Source: Elusimicrobiota bacterium
Lineage (GTDB): Bacteria; Elusimicrobiota; Elusimicrobia; UBA1565; UBA9628
Direction of reading: 5' to 3'
Length of the DNA stretch: 48,416 nucleotides
NCBI GenBank assembly: GCA_043783505.1
Contig: JAYVZL010000361.1
Span: 1 to 48,416, forward strand
Positions 9,833-17,975 of the stretch are shown here, one piece after another. The position numbers and the translations under genes are program-made. The first letter of the stretch is position 1; the number at the start of each line of letters is the position of its first letter. Under the pieces are notes generated by a model. The model searched no databases. It was given only the letters and a program-made list of their open reading frames with translations, and was not told the DNA's origin.

Positions 9833-11074
9833 ATGAGAAAAATTTTGGTTGCCTGCCTCGCTCTTGCGCTGATCGCGACGGTTTGTCCGACCCCTTCCCT
9901 GGCGGCCAAGGCCAAAAGCGCCCCCAAGACGCTGCTGGTCACGCTCAACATCAACGCCGACGATAGCAAGGGAAAAGAGGGTCGTTCTTTGATCTTTATC
10001 GATGTCGCCACCGATCGGACGTGGAGTCTGCCGTTTAGCATGATTTCGGGCGGCGTGCTTGAGGGTCAGCCCATGCATGCCGTCCTTGCTCTCGATAAAA
10101 ACAGAGCCTACGTGACGATGGGGGGCAATGACAAGCTTCCGCTGCGGCTGGCGGTGCTTAAGCTGGACTGGTCGACCGGCTCTCCAACGGCTACCCTCGT
10201 CAAAACCGTCGAGGTGCTGGCGGCCAATACCGCTGCGACGGGCATGATGGCGGGGATGACCGACATGGCTGCGGCGATGCAGGAGGGACATGGGCCGCAT
10301 CTCACTTCGAACGGACGCTACATCCTGTTCAGCGAGCTCAACAATAACCGGCTGCGCGTTTTTAACACCCAAACCGACGAATTCGTTGGGGCGCCCCTCG
10401 CCCATCCCACCCTGAAGACCCCCCATGGAGTCTACCCCAACCGTTCCATGACTCGGGCCATGTCGACCCAGTATGAGTTAAACGGCAACGAGGTTTCCGT
10501 CTGGAAATTAAACCCCGCCACCGGAGCGTTGGCGTTCGACAAGGCGGTCAAGATGTCGGATGGACCGACTCAATGCGCGTACACGCATACAGCCGCCTGG
10601 CTCGATGAGGACCGCTTTTACACGAACTGCACTCAGGAAGCCAACCAAGGGGCTTTGAACACGTCCGAGCGATCCGTATGGCTGGTCGACGCGGCAAAAG
10701 GGACCGCAAAGGCCGTCCTGAAGGCCTCCGATCTGCTGGAGGGAGTGTCCGACGTCGCTATCGCTCAGGGCAAGCTTTATGTGGCCGAGGGCAACATCGC
10801 GAAAACCGGCACGCCGCCCGGTCATGTCTCTATTTGGAATATCAAGGACAACCTCAAGCCGGTGTTTATCAAGCGCTTCAGCGCCGGGAAGGGTTTGCCC
10901 GCGGGCTACGCGGACACCCACGAGTTGGCCGTCACGCCGGACAGCCGCTACGTGTTCGCGGAAAGCTTTCGCAGCGGGTACGTGATTAAAATCGACGCGA
11001 AGACGGACGCCGTCGCCAAGATATGGAGCGCCGCCGAGGGCGTGAGCATGCCGCACGGCTTCGACATCCAGTAG
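9833..11074 (+). CDS. Secreted beta-propeller-repeat protein (YVTN/lactonase-like) with a Met/His-rich loop
   Basis: Signal peptide MRKILVACLALALIATVCPTPSLA. Repeated strand-rich segments, each containing a 'PHG' or 'THE'. Met-rich stretch TGMMAGMTDMAAAMQEGHGPH. Trimmed from ORF 9701..11074. The fold assignment is by eye only. Confidence 0.55.
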   Translation: MRKILVACLALALIATVCPTPSLAAKAKSAPKTLLVTLNINADDSKGKEGRSLIFIDVATDRTWSLPFSMISGGVLEGQPMHAVLALDKNRAYVTMGGNDKLPLRLAVLKLDWSTGSPTATLVKTVEVLAANTAATGMMAGMTDMAAAMQEGHGPHLTSNGRYILFSELNNNRLRVFNTQTDEFVGAPLAHPTLKTPHGVYPNRSMTRAMSTQYELNGNEVSVWKLNPATGALAFDKAVKMSDGPTQCAYTHTAAWLDEDRFYTNCTQEANQGALNTSERSVWLVDAAKGTAKAVLKASDLLEGVSDVAIAQGKLYVAEGNIAKTGTPPGHVSIWNIKDNLKPVFIKRFSAGKGLPAGYADTHELAVTPDSRYVFAESFRSGYVIKIDAKTDAVAKIWSAAEGVSMPHGFDIQ

Positions 11075-11086
11075 AGCCTAACGAAC

Positions 11087-11497
11087 ATGAGTCCAACGTC
11101 TGCACGCGTACTCGTCATCGACGATCAAAAAGGCATGCGCGACATGCTTTGCTTCAATTTAAAGCAGAAGAATATCGAGGTGACCGCCGCCGAGGACGGT
11201 GAAAAGGGCGTGGAGGCCGCTCTCGGCGGCGATTTTGACGCCGTCGTGTGCGACATCATGCTCCCCGGCTTGGACGGCATCGCGGTCCTTCAAATCCTCA
11301 AGCGGGAGCGACCGAAGCTGGAGGTCATCCTCGTCACTGGATTTCCGAGCCCCGAGCGGCGCGCCCGCGCCAAGGAACTCGGCGCCTTCGAGTTCCTTGC
11401 GAAGCCCTATAAGATGGAGCTGCTCTGCTCCCTGCTCGAGGAAGCGGCGACGCGAAAACGCGCGAACAACGATCCGAAGAAGCCGGGTCCGGCCTAG
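11087..11497 (+). CDS. Single-domain CheY-like response regulator
   Basis: VLVIDDQ...DAVVCDIMLPGLDG...ILVTG...LAKPY. No output domain. Starts 12 nt after the propeller gene. Confidence 0.85.
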   Translation: MSPTSARVLVIDDQKGMRDMLCFNLKQKNIEVTAAEDGEKGVEAALGGDFDAVVCDIMLPGLDGIAVLQILKRERPKLEVILVTGFPSPERRARAKELGAFEFLAKPYKMELLCSLLEEAATRKRANNDPKKPGPA

Positions 11498-12075
11498 GCC
11501 GGCGAGATCACGATGTCATATTCGCACACCGCGTCGCCTTTGTTCATGCAGGACTTGTGCGTGACGTCTATCTTATTTTTGTAATAAGCGCCGACAGCCT
11601 CGATGATTCCGACGTTGAAGGCGCATAGTTTTCGGGGCGAACGGTAGAAAAGCTGGAGGTGGTTGGGGACGGAGGTTTCCCTGACCTCGAGAAGTGGAGG
11701 GATCCTCTTTTTTAGAAAAGGGCAGGAGGCCTCTTCTCCGCCGCCCTGGAAGTCTTTATTGACCGCGAGGCGGATTTTCTCATGCGCGGTGAGCAGGAAG
11801 TCTTTGGCGGTCTTCTGGACGATCAAATGAGCGTAGACGTCGAAGAGCTTGGTCATTTCAAAGACGCCGAACTCATGCAGCACGTCTTCGACGGGCTTGC
11901 CGGCGGTGTTGGCCGCGGCCACGACGACGTTGACGACGGCTTCATCGGGGATGTCCGCGGAGGGAGGAAACACGTCGGAGGCAAGCTTTGTCGCCTTCAT
12001 CACGCCGGGCCACACGGAGGCGCCGAGCTTGGCGCCGACATACTCTTTAAAATGCGTCGCGACGATTCCTTTCAT
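11494..12075 (-). CDS. H-NOX (heme NO/O2-binding) domain protein
   Basis: Starts MKGIVATHFKEYV. Candidate proximal His in LLTAHEKI. A PP element is present (RIPPLL). The YxSxR motif is present as YRSPR. C-terminal CMNKGDAVCEY. GGAGG RBS upstream of the ATG at 12075. Confidence 0.7.
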   Translation of the reverse strand: MKGIVATHFKEYVGAKLGASVWPGVMKATKLASDVFPPSADIPDEAVVNVVVAAANTAGKPVEDVLHEFGVFEMTKLFDVYAHLIVQKTAKDFLLTAHEKIRLAVNKDFQGGGEEASCPFLKKRIPPLLEVRETSVPNHLQLFYRSPRKLCAFNVGIIEAVGAYYKNKIDVTHKSCMNKGDAVCEYDIVISPA

Positions 12076-12120
12076 GTGTCCTCCCCAATTAGCGCTTACC
12101 ACAACGCCATAAGCACGCTA

Positions 12121-12129
12121 TGTTATACT
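12121..12129 (+). promoter_or_regulatory. Candidate extended -10 element (TGTTATACT) for the PAS kinase gene
   Basis: Matches the TGnTATAnT pattern, 27 nt upstream of the ATG at 12156, within the 80-bp divergent H-NOX/kinase intergenic region. Confidence 0.3.
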
Positions 12130-12155
12130 TCTGAAGATATGGGTGTCAATCAACG

Positions 12156-13277
12156 ATGAGTGATCGGGAGACGAGCGATGTGGGCGACAGCGAGATCGCC
12201 GAGCATTGGCGCGCGTTCTTTCAGTCCGCATTGGAGGCTTTGCCCGTGGGCGTGCTGCTTGTCAACCGCGCCACCTACATCATCTCGGTCAACAGAGCTT
12301 TCGAGGGTCTCTTCGGGTTCTCCCGCGCCGATGTGGAGACCCAGAAATTGGATGCGGTGATGCCCGAAGCGCTGTTGAAGGAATTCAAGCTCGCCGAGCG
12401 CGTGATGAACGTAGCCTCCTCGGAATCGGGCGACGACGCGTTCGAAGCAGGCCTCAAGATTCAAGGCAAGGATAAGATCCTGCAGTGCATGCTGCGCTCG
12501 GGACAGCACTCCGACCAAGCGACGCGAGGCGCGCCCGTCATCGTGCTCGTGTTCAAGGATGTGACTCACGAGCGGCTCCTGCAGCAGCAGCTCGCCCAGA
12601 GCGGCAAAATGGCCTCCATCGGCCAAATCGCGGGCGGCGTCGCCCATGAGATCAATACGCCGCTGGCCTCGATTCTTTTCAACGTCCAGCTGTTGCAGAC
12701 CTTGCCCGTGACCGATGAGATCAAAGCCGTGCTGAAATCCGTGGAGTCCTCGACGGCGCGCTGCAAGGATATCGTGCAGATGCTCATGAGCTATGTGCGC
12801 CCTACCCAGATGGGCGTGCGTCTTACGCCGATCCGGCTGGCTCCGGTCATCGAGCAGGCGATGGGCCTTATGGGGTCCCTGCTTCAGGCGGATAACGTGA
12901 AGGTCGTGCGCGATATCCGCGCCGACCCCACTGTGCGAGGCCATGGCACCGAGATTTCCCAGATTCTGGTGAACTTCCTGAGCAACGCCAAGGATGCCGT
13001 CGCGGACCGTCCTTCGAAGGTGGTGCACGTGCGGCTCTATGCGGAAGGGGGTCAGGCGGTTTTGGAGGTGGAGGACAACGGAGAAGGGATGTCGGCCGAC
13101 GACGCCTCCCGCGTCTTCGAGCCGTTCTTCACCACCAAGGGGGTCGGCAAGGGCACCGGCTTGGGTCTGGCGGTCTCCAAGAGCATCGCCGACAAGCATG
13201 CCGGCGTCATCGCGGTCAAATCCCAGCGGGGCAAAGGCTCGCTGTTCTCCTTTCGTTTGCCGCTCGTGGGATCGTGA
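12156..13277 (+). CDS. PAS-domain sensor histidine kinase (H-NOX-associated by position)
   Basis: PAS-like N-terminus (LPVGVLLVNRATYIISVNRAFEGLFGF...VFKDVTHER). H-box GVAHEINTPL. N box LSNAKDA. G1 DNGEGM. G2 GTGLGL. Confidence 0.85.
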   Translation: MSDRETSDVGDSEIAEHWRAFFQSALEALPVGVLLVNRATYIISVNRAFEGLFGFSRADVETQKLDAVMPEALLKEFKLAERVMNVASSESGDDAFEAGLKIQGKDKILQCMLRSGQHSDQATRGAPVIVLVFKDVTHERLLQQQLAQSGKMASIGQIAGGVAHEINTPLASILFNVQLLQTLPVTDEIKAVLKSVESSTARCKDIVQMLMSYVRPTQMGVRLTPIRLAPVIEQAMGLMGSLLQADNVKVVRDIRADPTVRGHGTEISQILVNFLSNAKDAVADRPSKVVHVRLYAEGGQAVLEVEDNGEGMSADDASRVFEPFFTTKGVGKGTGLGLAVSKSIADKHAGVIAVKSQRGKGSLFSFRLPLVGS

Positions 13278-13305
13278 CCAGACCGAAGAAGAGGAAATCG
13301 TCGCC

Positions 13306-14697
13306 ATGAAAGAGAATCTCTTGATCGTCGAAGAGGACAAGGATATTCGCGGCTTCCGCGGCCCGGACATCGAGCGGACGGGGCGCATCATGGATGAGTC
13401 CGGCCGCAAGAAGCAGGCCAAGATCCCGGCCGAATCCATCGCTCCGCGGACGTTCGTCGACGAGGCCGCCGCGCAGGATAGCGACGCCGCGTCCCCGAGA
13501 GAAAAAACCGCCATCGTCAAAGAGAATCTCTTGATCGTCGAGGACGACAGCGAGTTTCTCAACAGCCTGAGCATGGGCGCGCAGATGAAGGGCTATCGGG
13601 TCTTCGCGGCCAAGAACGGCATCGAAGCGATGGCGCTGTTTTCCACCGAGCCGATCGATCTGGTGATAACGGATATGCGCATGCCGGACATGAACGGCGT
13701 CGAGCTGCTCGAGGGCATACGCGCCGAAGAGGCCCGTCGAGACAATTCTTCCAAGACTCCGGTCGTCCTCATCACCGGGTTCGCGGACTACGACGCGGTG
13801 GTCAAGGCGCTGCGCCTGGGTGCGGCGGACTATTTAGGCAAGCCGTTCTCGTTGGATGAGTTCTTCAACATCATCTCGATGCATTTGGGGCTCAAGAAGA
13901 TCGAGCGGGATCAAAAGAACCGCCACCTCAGGCTCGAGGACATGGTCATGCAGCGGACCCAAGATCTGCTGGCCGCCAACCACAGGCTTCAACTGCTGAC
14001 GGAAGATAAGAACCAGTTCATCGGCGTCGTCTCCCATGAGCTCAGAAATCCCTTGACCGTCATCTACAGCTGCGTGGAATCCATCGTCGGCGCGCAAAGC
14101 AAGCTCGGTCCCGAGCAGGTCGCCAACTATCTGCATAAGGTGCGCGACGAAGCGAGTCGTATGCTGCGGCTTCTCAACGACCTTTTGACGCTGCAGACGA
14201 CGGAGTCGTCGAATATCCCGCTGCAGTTGGAGAATGCCGACGTCGTCGAGGTGGCCAAGAGGGTCGTTTCTAAGTTCCACATCACCCACCCGGATATTCC
14301 CATCAACCTGTCCTGCCCGAGCGGGCCACTGTCGATGGAGATGGACGCCAATAAGATCGAGGCGACGTTCATCAATATCATCGACAACGCGATCAAATAT
14401 TCGCCTCAGAAAACCGCTGTGGACGTGAACGTGACCGAGAGGGACGGCAGCGTCGAGGTGCGAGTCGCCGACCACGGGTTGGGTATCCCGCCGGAAAATA
14501 TCGAGGATATCTTCAATGCGTTCTTCCGCGGCGCCAATGTGGCCCGCGGCAAGCAGGAAGGGTTCGGTCTTGGCCTTCTGATCTGCCGGAACATCATCCA
14601 TGCCCATCAGGGCAAGATATGGGTTGAGAGCGAGTTAAACAAAGGCTCGACCTTCATATTTCAGCTGCCTAAAGAGCAGAGGCAAGGCATTCTTTAG
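13306..14697 (+). CDS. Hybrid REC-HisKA-HATPase histidine kinase (paralog B, His intact) with a duplicated REC N-terminal stub
   Basis: GAGGAA RBS 9 nt upstream of the ATG at 13306. REC motifs: [27 protein letters not shown]-box VVSHELRNPL. N, G1 and G2 boxes present. The alternative start at ATG 13390 cannot be excluded. Confidence 0.8.
   Translation: MKENLLIVEEDKDIRGFRGPDIERTGRIMDESGRKKQAKIPAESIAPRTFVDEAAAQDSDAASPREKTAIVKENLLIVEDDSEFLNSLSMGAQMKGYRVFAAKNGIEAMALFSTEPIDLVITDMRMPDMNGVELLEGIRAEEARRDNSSKTPVVLITGFADYDAVVKALRLGAADYLGKPFSLDEFFNIISMHLGLKKIERDQKNRHLRLEDMVMQRTQDLLAANHRLQLLTEDKNQFIGVVSHELRNPLTVIYSCVESIVGAQSKLGPEQVANYLHKVRDEASRMLRLLNDLLTLQTTESSNIPLQLENADVVEVAKRVVSKFHITHPDIPINLSCPSGPLSMEMDANKIEATFINIIDNAIKYSPQKTAVDVNVTERDGSVEVRVADHGLGIPPENIEDIFNAFFRGANVARGKQEGFGLGLLICRNIIHAHQGKIWVESELNKGSTFIFQLPKEQRQGIL
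13309..13331 (+). repeat. 23-bp perfect direct repeat, copy 1 (aaagagaatctcttgatcgtcga)
   Basis: Identical to 13519..13541, exactly 210 bp (70 codons) downstream and in frame. Both copies encode KENLLIVE. Confidence 0.9.
13519..13541 (+). repeat. 23-bp perfect direct repeat, copy 2
   Basis: Identical to 13309..13331. Confidence 0.9.
13853..13899. repeat. 47-bp perfect inverted repeat, copy 2 (inside kinase paralog B)
   Basis: tggatgagttcttcaacatcatctcgatgcatttggggctcaagaag is the reverse complement of 9281..9327. It encodes [16 protein letters not shown] in both genes. Confidence 0.9.
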
Positions 14698-14728
14698 GAG
14701 CGGCGCAACGCCCTAAAGAATCCCGGGA

Positions 14729-15436
14729 CTAGAGAGGTGCTGCCGCCTTGCGCACGGTGAGCTTTTCGATCGGCTTGAGATACTTCGGGCCGGCGAGGAC
14801 GAAGTCGACGTAGATGCCGGGCGTGTGGATGTGATCGGGCGGCAGGTCCCCGATCTCGACGAGCTGCTCGACCTCGGCGATCACGCAGTCGGCGGCGGTG
14901 GCCATGACCTGGTTGAAGTTGCGCGAGGTCTTTCGGTACTGCAGGTTGCCCAAGACGTCGCCCTTCCAAGCCTTCACGAAGGCGAAGTCGGCGCGCAGGG
15001 GCTTCTCGAAAACCATCCAGCGGCCGTCGATTTGTCGCGTTTCCTTGCCCTCGGCCACGAGCGTTCCATAGCCGGTGGGGGTAAAGAAGCCGCCGATGCC
15101 GGCCCCGCCGGCGCGCAGGCGCTCGGCCAGCGTGCCCTGTGGGTTCCACTCGACTTCGAGCTGCTTGGTCAGAGTCATCTCCTCGAAGGCCTTGCACTCG
15201 CCTCCGTAGGACATGATCATCTTGCGGACTTGGCCGTTGCGCAGCAAAGTGCCGATGCCGAACTCATCGAGGCCGGCGTTGTTGGACACGAGGGTCAGGC
15301 CCTTGGTCCCGCTCGCGCGCAGAGCGGCGATGAGGTTCTCGGGCAGACCGCAAACGCCGAAGCCGCCGATGAGGACGGTCGCCCCGTCCTTGACCCTTGC
15401 GGCGGCCTCGGCGGCGGTGGCGACGGTCTTGTTCAT
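14729..15436 (-). CDS. scoA: 3-oxoacid CoA-transferase subunit A
   Basis: VKDGATVLIGGFGVCGLPENLI...LTLVSNNAG...GTLAERLRAGGAGIGGFFTPTGYGT. Full length (235 aa). Confidence 0.85.
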   Translation of the reverse strand: MNKTVATAAEAAARVKDGATVLIGGFGVCGLPENLIAALRASGTKGLTLVSNNAGLDEFGIGTLLRNGQVRKMIMSYGGECKAFEEMTLTKQLEVEWNPQGTLAERLRAGGAGIGGFFTPTGYGTLVAEGKETRQIDGRWMVFEKPLRADFAFVKAWKGDVLGNLQYRKTSRNFNQVMATAADCVIAEVEQLVEIGDLPPDHIHTPGIYVDFVLAGPKYLKPIEKLTVRKAAAPL

Positions 15437-15455
15437 CGGCCGGCGACGTCCCCGC

Positions 15456-16664
<1,209 letters not shown>

Positions 16665-16731
16665 GATCTGCGATCCCCCGTGCCGTTTTTAAATGGCGGT
16701 GTCCGCCGACGGCAGATCACAAATTATAGCA
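16665..16731 (-). promoter_or_regulatory. metK promoter (extended -10 TGCTATAAT) plus a ~52-nt structured leader
   Basis: The minus strand reads TGCTATAAT at 16731..16723, overlapping the htrA stop. The leader is UCUGCCGUCGGCGGACACCGCCAUUUAAAAACGGCACGGGGGAUCGCAGAUC-AUG. It contains a GGCGG/CCGCC hairpin and two mutually exclusive pairings: UGCCGU with ACGGCA, or GAUCUGC with GCAGAUC. Confidence 0.4.
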
Positions 16732-17892
16732 TTACTTTCCGGGAGCGATGGCCGCGCTGAGGACGACGAGCTTCTTCTCCCGCCAGACGACGATCTTGGC
16801 CGTCGAGTTCGCGGGCAGCTTGGAACTGATCCGGCGGAGCTGGTAGGAGTTGCTCACCGGGATCCCGGCCAACTCCACGACGACGTCCATGGCCTGAAGG
16901 CCGGTTTTGGCGTTGGGCCCGTCGGGCAGAACGGTGCCGATCAAGACGCCTTGCAGGTCCGGCGGCGCTCCCACGTAAGCGCGCGCTTTGTTGTCCAGCT
17001 TCACGAGCGAGATGCCCATCCTGGTGCGCGAGATCCTTCCGTATTTGATGAGGTCACCGGCGATGTCCGCGACCAGATCGACCGGGATCGCCATGGCGAT
17101 ACCCACGAAGCCCTCGGTGTTGCTCCAGATCGAGGAGTTGATGCCGATGAACTCCCCGGTCTCGGCGAGGAAAAGCGGCCCGCCGGAGCTCCCTTTGTTG
17201 ACGGCCGCGGAAATTTGGATGTAGTCTTCAAAGATGTTCATGTTCAGGTCCTGACGGTGAGTCTGGCTGACGATCCCCGTGGTCACGGTTTGCTTGAGCC
17301 CGAATGGCGAGCCGATGGCGACGACTTCCGCGCCGACCTCGATCCGGCGCGCATCCCCCCAGCGGATCGTCGGGAAATTGGCGCCTTCGATCTTGATCAC
17401 GGCGAGATCGACTTCGGGGTCGACGCCGATGAGTTTGGCGATAAACTCCTTGCCGTCATTCATGACGACCCCGAGCTTGGCGGCGTTCTGAACGACGTGA
17501 TAGTTGGTCACGATGTAGCCATCTTGAGTGACGACGGCGCCGGAGCCCTGGGTCTCGGTAGACGGCAGGAAAGTCGGAATGTCCTCCATGTCTTCCGTGA
17601 AGCGCTCGATCTTGTCCAGTGGCGTAGGCCAGGGCGCCGGCTTGGCGGTCTGCAGGACGTGGATCGCGACAGTGGCATTGAGATTGCTTTGGATGAATTT
17701 CTTGGCGTCATGCACGGCGATCGCGCGCGGAGCGCCGCCATGGAATCCCTCCTTTTTCCGTTCTTCTAGGCTCTGCTGGAGCTCCGTGGCGAACGATTCC
17801 GGGGAGCTGTAGGTCGCCAGAGGGGCGGCCAAGGCCGAGGCGTTGAGAGACAGGATCGTCAAGCCTGCGATGAGGCGGCGGTGAAGCTTCAT
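16732..17892 (-). CDS. HtrA/DegP-family periplasmic serine protease with one PDZ domain
   Basis: Signal peptide MKLHRRLIAGLTILSLNASALA. Catalytic contexts present: TNYHVV, DLAVIKI and NKGSSGGPL. C-terminal PDZ-like region. Trimmed from ORF 16732..18423. Confidence 0.85.
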   Translation of the reverse strand: MKLHRRLIAGLTILSLNASALAAPLATYSSPESFATELQQSLEERKKEGFHGGAPRAIAVHDAKKFIQSNLNATVAIHVLQTAKPAPWPTPLDKIERFTEDMEDIPTFLPSTETQGSGAVVTQDGYIVTNYHVVQNAAKLGVVMNDGKEFIAKLIGVDPEVDLAVIKIEGANFPTIRWGDARRIEVGAEVVAIGSPFGLKQTVTTGIVSQTHRQDLNMNIFEDYIQISAAVNKGSSGGPLFLAETGEFIGINSSIWSNTEGFVGIAMAIPVDLVADIAGDLIKYGRISRTRMGISLVKLDNKARAYVGAPPDLQGVLIGTVLPDGPNAKTGLQAMDVVVELAGIPVSNSYQLRRISSKLPANSTAKIVVWREKKLVVLSAAIAPGK

Positions 17893-17975
17893 GGCGTCTC
17901 CCGTGAAGGTTTCAGAGCGACATTGAAGTATAGGTCGACAAACCGATAATTGGTAGGCCTCGTCGGCCTCGGGCG

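Noticed and set aside
9716-10426. N-terminal 237-aa extension of ORF 8483..10426
   Set aside because: The extension is Arg/His/Gly-rich junk and overlaps the well-supported beta-propeller gene on the other strand. The receiver domain begins right after the internal ATG at 9715. The similar upstream extensions of ORFs 16732..18423, 17976..19496, 30113..31345, 31201..32103 and 57..680 were trimmed for the same reason.
11489-11502. 14-bp palindrome ccggcctaggccgg at the convergent CheY/H-NOX gene ends
   Set aside because: It is real, but it is short, GC-rich and fully explained by two overlapping stop codons (TAG/CTA). No flanking T-tracts support a bidirectional terminator.
12150-13574. 474-aa ORF on the minus strand covering the PAS kinase gene
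   Set aside because: It lies antisense to a kinase with complete H, N and G boxes. Its translation is Arg/Gly/His/Leu-rich with no motifs, the typical shadow frame of high-GC DNA. The same reasoning applies to 15213..16376 (+), 16693..17769 (+), 18030..18995 (+), 23548..24768 (-), 26031..27176 (-), 35692..36570 (-), 37160..37957 (+), 39988..40779 (+), 40748..41545 (-) and 42808..43572 (+).
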